From Aplysia californica (Eukaryota): 64,000 nt of DNA. Shown here piece by piece: positions 61,701-64,000 of the stretch. The DNA is taken from contig NW_004797360.1 in NCBI RefSeq assembly GCF_000002075.1, positions 67,790 through 131,789 on the forward strand, read 5' to 3'. Below the pieces are notes generated by a model, which ran no database searches, was not told the origin of the DNA, and saw only the letters and a list, made by a program, of their open reading frames with translations. Both the position numbers and the translations under genes were made by a program. Position 1 is the first letter of the stretch, and the number at the start of each line of letters is the position of its first letter.

Positions 61701-63681
61701 TGTCAAAATGAAGCAAAGCAACCATCATGTTCGAAAAAAACCAAGTTTTGAAAATTTCCACCAAAACTGAGTCAAACGCAAAACCTTGCAACTTTTTATA
61801 AATCTACCATACCGATCATTGCATTAAAGAACAAATGTATGCAAAATATTGTATTGCCAAATAAACCCAGGGACCTGACGGCTACTTATAGTTCCAGGGA
61901 TTGACCAATTCTCTCCATGCAAGCTCCGCTATATACCACTGGAAATTTTGAATATCACCGTGGCGTGTTTTGAGGTCGATTCTTTGGACATCCTGTTGAA
62001 CATTGAATTTCAACTGTTCAATCGTTTGTGGTTTGTCTCCGTAGACTGTCAAAAAAGCACCAAAGGTTATAATTTAAAGAGCTCAAGTTTCGGGGAATGT
62101 GGTAACCATTCATTCGAAAACTTTCGGCCCATAAAGGGTTCCACAAACCTTTCTAATAACCACATGAAGGCCACTCTAGACATTTGGGGTGTTGCCCCAT
62201 CCGACTGGAACCAGGCCTCTGCAGCATAACACCTTCTCCTCCAGAAAACCTCTTCAAAACTTTCTCAGCACGGTGAGATATCTATCTGATGTGACTGTTG
62301 TGGATTTATCATCCCCTTTGTTGAATGTTATTTGTTCGAAGTTTTGTTAAAATTAATGTACTATTGACTGAGTTATTGCCCTTTAAGTGGGTCCTAATTT
62401 TTAGACATCCTGTATGAGAGACAGCTGCCATTTTATGGCTGGCGCCATTAGAACTAGAGGGCGGAAAATTATGTCCCGCAATAGGTTTTTTGTTGTATCA
62501 TCTTGATCAACAAACAGGATTTTGTATCTTTTCAGAAACACTTCTTATGATTCTAAAATTTTACTGAAACGTGTTCCTTAATGGAAATTACAACTGTGCC
62601 CCGTTTCTCAAAGTGCGTAAATACTTGACCTCCAACGGAGAAACGTTGAAAAATTGACAGTCCATCTCTCCAACCGAATCCAACCGCCCACATTTGTGCC
62701 TCATTCCAAACACCCCAGGAGGCCATCGAGGATCTGCAAGGTTACAATGACCAGCTTTCAGAGTATAGGACAACTCCTGAAATTGAAAAAAAGAAAACGA
62801 GGGACACTTACTTGGACTACTGCCCTTTTCTTTTTTTTTTTCTTTTTTGCTGCCCATGAAAATAAACACTCATACTTTTCAAAGCACACATTTAAAAAAT
62901 TCAGACTGCATGAGTGCTAAACAATACATTTTTATAGCCCTTCATTGATACTAATACAGAGGTGTCAACTTCGTTTCACGAAGTAGTGGAATTCACTTTT
63001 ACTTTTGATATGAAAAGGGCAACGTACATAATGTTACGTCAATACTTTTAATAAGAAAGTGGCTATTCTCACCCGCCCGGAAGTTCTCGCAAGATCAACT
63101 CCTCCCCTCTTCTCTCTCTCTCTGTCTCATTCTGAATACTGTCTATCGGTGTGGACGATCAAATTGACCAAAACAAAGTTAAAAAATGATGTTAAAACAC
63201 AAAAGTAAATTAATTTGGTTGTCTACAAAGATGCTACGGCTATTTAACTTTTCGAATCGAGCCGAACTACGCGGGTCGCCATTTTGTTTTGCCCGGAAAT
63301 TCTCGCGCTACTCCTCTCTCTCTCTCTCTCTCTCTCTCCACTGCCCACAGACAAAATTGTACGCTTTTAGTAGGCTACAGTTGTAATGGAACGTTTGTTC
63401 ACGGCACAGAATTCTACAATTTTTCTGTTATCACAGTGTAGAATTCTGTGGTTTAGGGTGAACGCAAAATTTGGTGAACGCGCACCGGGTGAGAATAGCC
63501 ACAAGACTCGCCTGCACTATTCTCACTCCGGGTGAGAATAGAGGTGGCCTTTAATAAGATCATTTAAAAACCTCATACTTACATCAATGTCGTTTGCCTG
63601 TGGTAGCCGGAAACCCAAGCCCGAAATGCAAGCAAGGCTTTTGAGCGGGCTATGCGGCGTGCTTGCCGCGTCTGCACTCAT
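29840..63681 (-). CDS. Animal FAS-like type I PKS/FAS paralog (KS - pseudoAT - pseudoDH - pseudoMT/pseudoKR remnants plus insertion - pseudoER - ACP-like); at least 28 coding exons, about 7.7 kb CDS, about 2,600 aa; 3' terminal exon uncertain
   Basis: 28 consecutive phase-consistent GT-AG exons from 63681 to 31057 with no stop codon. Domain order and motifs are collinear with animal FAS (CISGLGFRLP, FDLKGP..IDGGCASS, EAHG, VKGNIGHTE, SFGFGG, AVAYADRCLS, FLTTLGRIHVAG, TDGQGCDVVI, GLSVFLRNISLH). Confidence 0.9.
31057..31168 (-). CDS. FAS-like exon 28 (putative)
   Basis: SRNSRCQFKPFYTWSCKSNGNGIGKLTENVFIAKVT; open in phase 1; no homology support. Confidence 0.45.
31475..31520 (-). CDS. FAS-like exon 27 (putative)
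   Basis: tgcag|SFTKHIESPWPHFAS|GTAAGA; phases 0 to 1; no homology support. Confidence 0.5.
32200..32445 (-). CDS. FAS-like exon 26 (ACP-like, lacks the DSL serine)
   Basis: Open, phase 0 to 0, GTAAGT donor; RVLGKVLEL...KDLLNSLFVGPETASHE aligns weakly to AVAHILGI...SSLADLGLDSLMSVE. Confidence 0.7.
33122..33178. repeat. (CA)n(CT)n compound microsatellite
   Basis: Seen directly. Confidence 0.95.
33408..33631 (-). CDS. FAS-like exon 25 (ER)
   Basis: LSLVKTSGSVVLCG...IGLSVFLRNISLHCVD, similar to CLATHGRFLEIG...LGMAIFLKNVTFHGV. Confidence 0.88.
34466..34675 (-). CDS. FAS-like exon 24 (ER nucleotide-binding subdomain, degenerate)
   Basis: SGVMLLVAHHLGCKFVISA...VRPLTDGQGCDVVI, similar to AIALSLGCRVFTTV...HTGGKGVDLVL. 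Confidence 0.87.
35544..35708 (-). CDS. FAS-like exon 23 (ER)
   Basis: VNKHFSLSHLENVLNVIFALHILRDLGRL...KKTVLVQPPL, similar to [36 protein letters not shown]. Confidence 0.82.
36519..39941 (-). CDS. FAS-like exon 22, giant 3,423-nt exon (end of DH, pseudo-MT/pseudo-KR remnants, long S/T/N-rich insertion, ER start)
   Basis: Within the 1166-aa ORF; acceptor cattttcag, perfect GTGAGT donor; phase 1 to 1; begins LMTCGGLII, similar to VTVAGGVHI. Confidence 0.88.
40439..40629 (-). CDS. FAS-like exon 21 (DH second hot-dog, shortened)
   Basis: GLLKDMLSFLMNGYHELWPLRLIWDPSRHSKL, similar to FMDTMLQ...LPTRVTAIHIDPATHRQKL. Confidence 0.78.
40828..40894 (-). CDS. FAS-like exon 20 (DH)
   Basis: GSLSLLGSLEVYSENPVP, similar to GNLVVSGKVYQWDDP; phases 1 to 2. 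Confidence 0.72.
41445..41583 (-). CDS. FAS-like exon 19 (DH hot-dog fold)
   Basis: VLAFDNVRLAHVTSID...VLCKVSAASKKFVVER, similar to VVFEDVVLHQATIL...VRLLEASRAFEVSE. Confidence 0.82.
41902..42023 (-). CDS. FAS-like exon 18 (DH start, no catalytic His motif)
   Basis: ERLPKTMCKRIFPPEYAAVSDPPGVELVHILLSSAAEFFEK|GTAGGC. Confidence 0.75.
43757..44268 (-). CDS. FAS-like exon 17 (AT end and post-AT linker, with insertion)
   Basis: 512-nt open exon; CSPEFLATLLSGP and GFLTTLGRIHVAG, similar to FLAGIGRLHLSG. Confidence 0.85.
44688..44802 (-). CDS. FAS-like exon 16 (AT)
   Basis: GHTYEVLKFCVPIYCHNQDRLKDNLKTRFQKIIPRPAIW|GTAAGT, similar to FAS AFHS...LKKVIREPKPRSARW. Confidence 0.8.
45700..45870 (+). mobile_element. 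L2/CR1-type retroelement 3' tail with a 24-bp tandem duplication and (ATT)n end
   Basis: (CGTGGGAGTGGGCGCTATAGAAGT)x2 at 45727-45774 followed by ATT repeats. Confidence 0.55.
46123..46314 (-). CDS. FAS-like exon 15 (AT small subdomain)
   Basis: GQALIHL...YFIAVLHGKKNTVIQKLKEKG; phase 1 to 1. Confidence 0.72.
47664..47840 (-). CDS. FAS-like exon 14 (AT active-site region; GHSxG replaced by GEGVG)
   Basis: ALIELLKAMGALDKVALLRGEGVGGLAVAYADRCLSLAQCIRVA; the donor lies next to an N gap, so the 3' edge is uncertain. Confidence 0.87.
48432..48546 (-). CDS. FAS-like exon 13 (AT)
   Basis: EVIKLKP...LTLRLSCQI|GTATGT; phases 0 to 1. Confidence 0.78.
49549..49700 (-). CDS. FAS-like exon 12 (AT start, degenerate)
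   Basis: TPVCVVFTDMISSPWSPSKDLMNIPSVRQTFELCDQ, similar to [35 protein letters not shown]. Confidence 0.82.
51147..51320 (-). CDS. FAS-like exon 11 (KS-AT linker)
   Basis: Open and phase 1 to 1; PMLIPLTLQP...RSFFIVNSDK. Confidence 0.75.
51629..51730 (-). CDS. FAS-like exon 10 (KS C-terminus)
   Basis: GLMAVSSFGFGGLGGHAVLRR|GTAAGT. Confidence 0.92.
52899..53045 (-). CDS. FAS-like exon 9 (KS)
   Basis: GLASIVKCIISFQTKIIYNCVNFQVPNPASNALKSGRIVIPT. Confidence 0.9.
53780..54170 (-). mobile_element. Dispersed repeat family B, copy 2
   Basis: Highly similar to 22680-23055. Confidence 0.85.
54381..54495 (-). CDS. FAS-like exon 8 (KS second His)
   Basis: KDDEAELKAIDAVICSRRRDPLIVSSVKGNIGHTEATSG. Confidence 0.93.
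54555..54735 (-). mobile_element. Dispersed repeat family A (about 180 bp, SINE-like, (CTAAA)n tail); further copies near 2330-2490, 18680-18840, 24375-24460, 26395-26575, 28165-28335, 55090-55265, 56950-57130, 57340-57520, 61380-61530
   Basis: Shared core GAGGTTTTACGGCGCTCGCAACTGCATAAGGTCATATGAGCGCCAGAAGATTAGAGGTGTTACAAGAG...GCAAACCACACCAGAGCACCCGCCAACCA seen about 10 times. Confidence 0.85.
56195..56540 (+). mobile_element. tRNA-derived SINE family D with CORE-like central domain; further copies near 29320-29620(-), 49920-50035(-), 60540-60780(-)
   Basis: CTAGTGGTT...GGTTCGAACCC head, then GTGTCCTTGGGAAAGGCACTTTACAC...; L2-like GCGCTAT tail. Confidence 0.7.
56802..56917 (-). CDS. FAS-like exon 7 (KS first His, EAHG)
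   Basis: GIVRPSYEFQSRLLNDVYTEFNIDVKDIVCFEAHGACNR. Confidence 0.9.
58000..58079 (-). CDS. FAS-like exon 6 (KS)
   Basis: SDCVLPARGYCDVVGFGLQCGGSREK|GTGAGC; phases 2 to 1. Confidence 0.8.
58448..58592 (-). CDS. FAS-like exon 5 (KS)
   Basis: GANLILDP...[31 protein letters not shown]. Confidence 0.93.
58726..58791. repeat. (CA)n microsatellite
   Basis: Seen directly. Confidence 0.95.
59037..59195 (-). CDS. FAS-like exon 4 (KS active-site Cys, codon 59113-59115)
   Basis: LSSRVAKKFDLKGPVQNIDGGCASSFAALHAALLDIRTNRCDLAIVAG. Confidence 0.93.
60897..61074 (-). CDS. FAS-like exon 3 (KS)
   Basis: AFCSNHMLGPLLEVVAECIMDSGL...KTGFYLG|GTAAGT. Confidence 0.88.
62630..62776 (-). CDS. FAS-like exon 2 (KS)
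   Basis: ELSYTLKAG...PRWPPGVFGMRHKCGRLDSVGEMDCQFFNVSPLE, similar to FAS [30 protein letters not shown]. Confidence 0.88.
63059..63502. mobile_element. MITE-like element in the first coding intron of the FAS-like gene
   Basis: 17-bp perfect TIR GTGGCTATTCTCACCCG / CGGGTGAGAATAGCCAC; internal 14-bp inverted repeat at 63405-63418 / 63437-63450. Confidence 0.65.
63583..63681 (-). CDS. FAS-like gene, first coding exon (KS start)
   Basis: MSADAASTPHSPLKSLACISGLGFRLPQANDID|GTAAGT; the ATG is 2 nt after a ctgcag acceptor. Confidence 0.85.
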
Positions 63682-64000
63682 CTCTGCAGAAATTAAAACC
63701 ACAAAGACTCACTTCGCGAACATGTTCACTAGAAAGGTCCAGTCGGTGGAATAGAAGATGACCGTCACAAAACGCCAAATAAACTGTGTGCGAAATTGTT
63801 ACCTAAATATCCGGAGTTTTGTGGGACAATTTTTTAAGACTTTCTTCCCACTGTGGCCGATGTTGTCTTCAAAACAAAACTATCATGTACACACAGAACA
63901 CACTGACACCTTCTATGTAAAACTGTTGAGTGAAACTCACGAAATATTTAAGCCGAGTTTGCAAGAGCATAAAAATCCAATGATCATAATAGTTTTTCTA

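Noticed and set aside
1-64000. Prokaryotic features (operons, CRISPR arrays, bacterial PKS cluster)
   Set aside because: Spliceosomal introns, SINEs/LINEs and microsatellites show an animal genome; no regularly spaced repeat-spacer array was seen

Overview
Intron-rich animal genomic DNA: AT-rich, full of microsatellites and SINE/LINE fragments, with many N gaps. An invertebrate such as a gastropod mollusc is plausible, but that is inference only. Three genes can be assembled by hand from phase-consistent GT-AG exons. (1) A 7-exon, 325-aa mARC/MOSC-family gene (+, 2819-10026) that appears to have lost the Moco-ligating cysteine. (2) A 2-exon, 149-aa secreted protein (+, 19973-22245) with two tandem 8-Cys units of mirror-symmetric spacing. 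(3) A gene of at least 28 exons and about 2,600 aa on the minus strand (63681 down to about 30-31 kb) encoding an animal FAS-like type I megasynthase. Its ketosynthase keeps the Cys-His-His triad. Its AT, DH, ER and ACP-like domains lack catalytic or cofactor residues, KR and TE are not detectable, and a 3.4-kb exon inserts a long Ser/Thr-rich segment. This open, 'KS-only-active' FAS paralog is the most unusual thing in the window. No database searches were run; all family assignments come from motif comparison by eye with animal FAS and mARC sequences.
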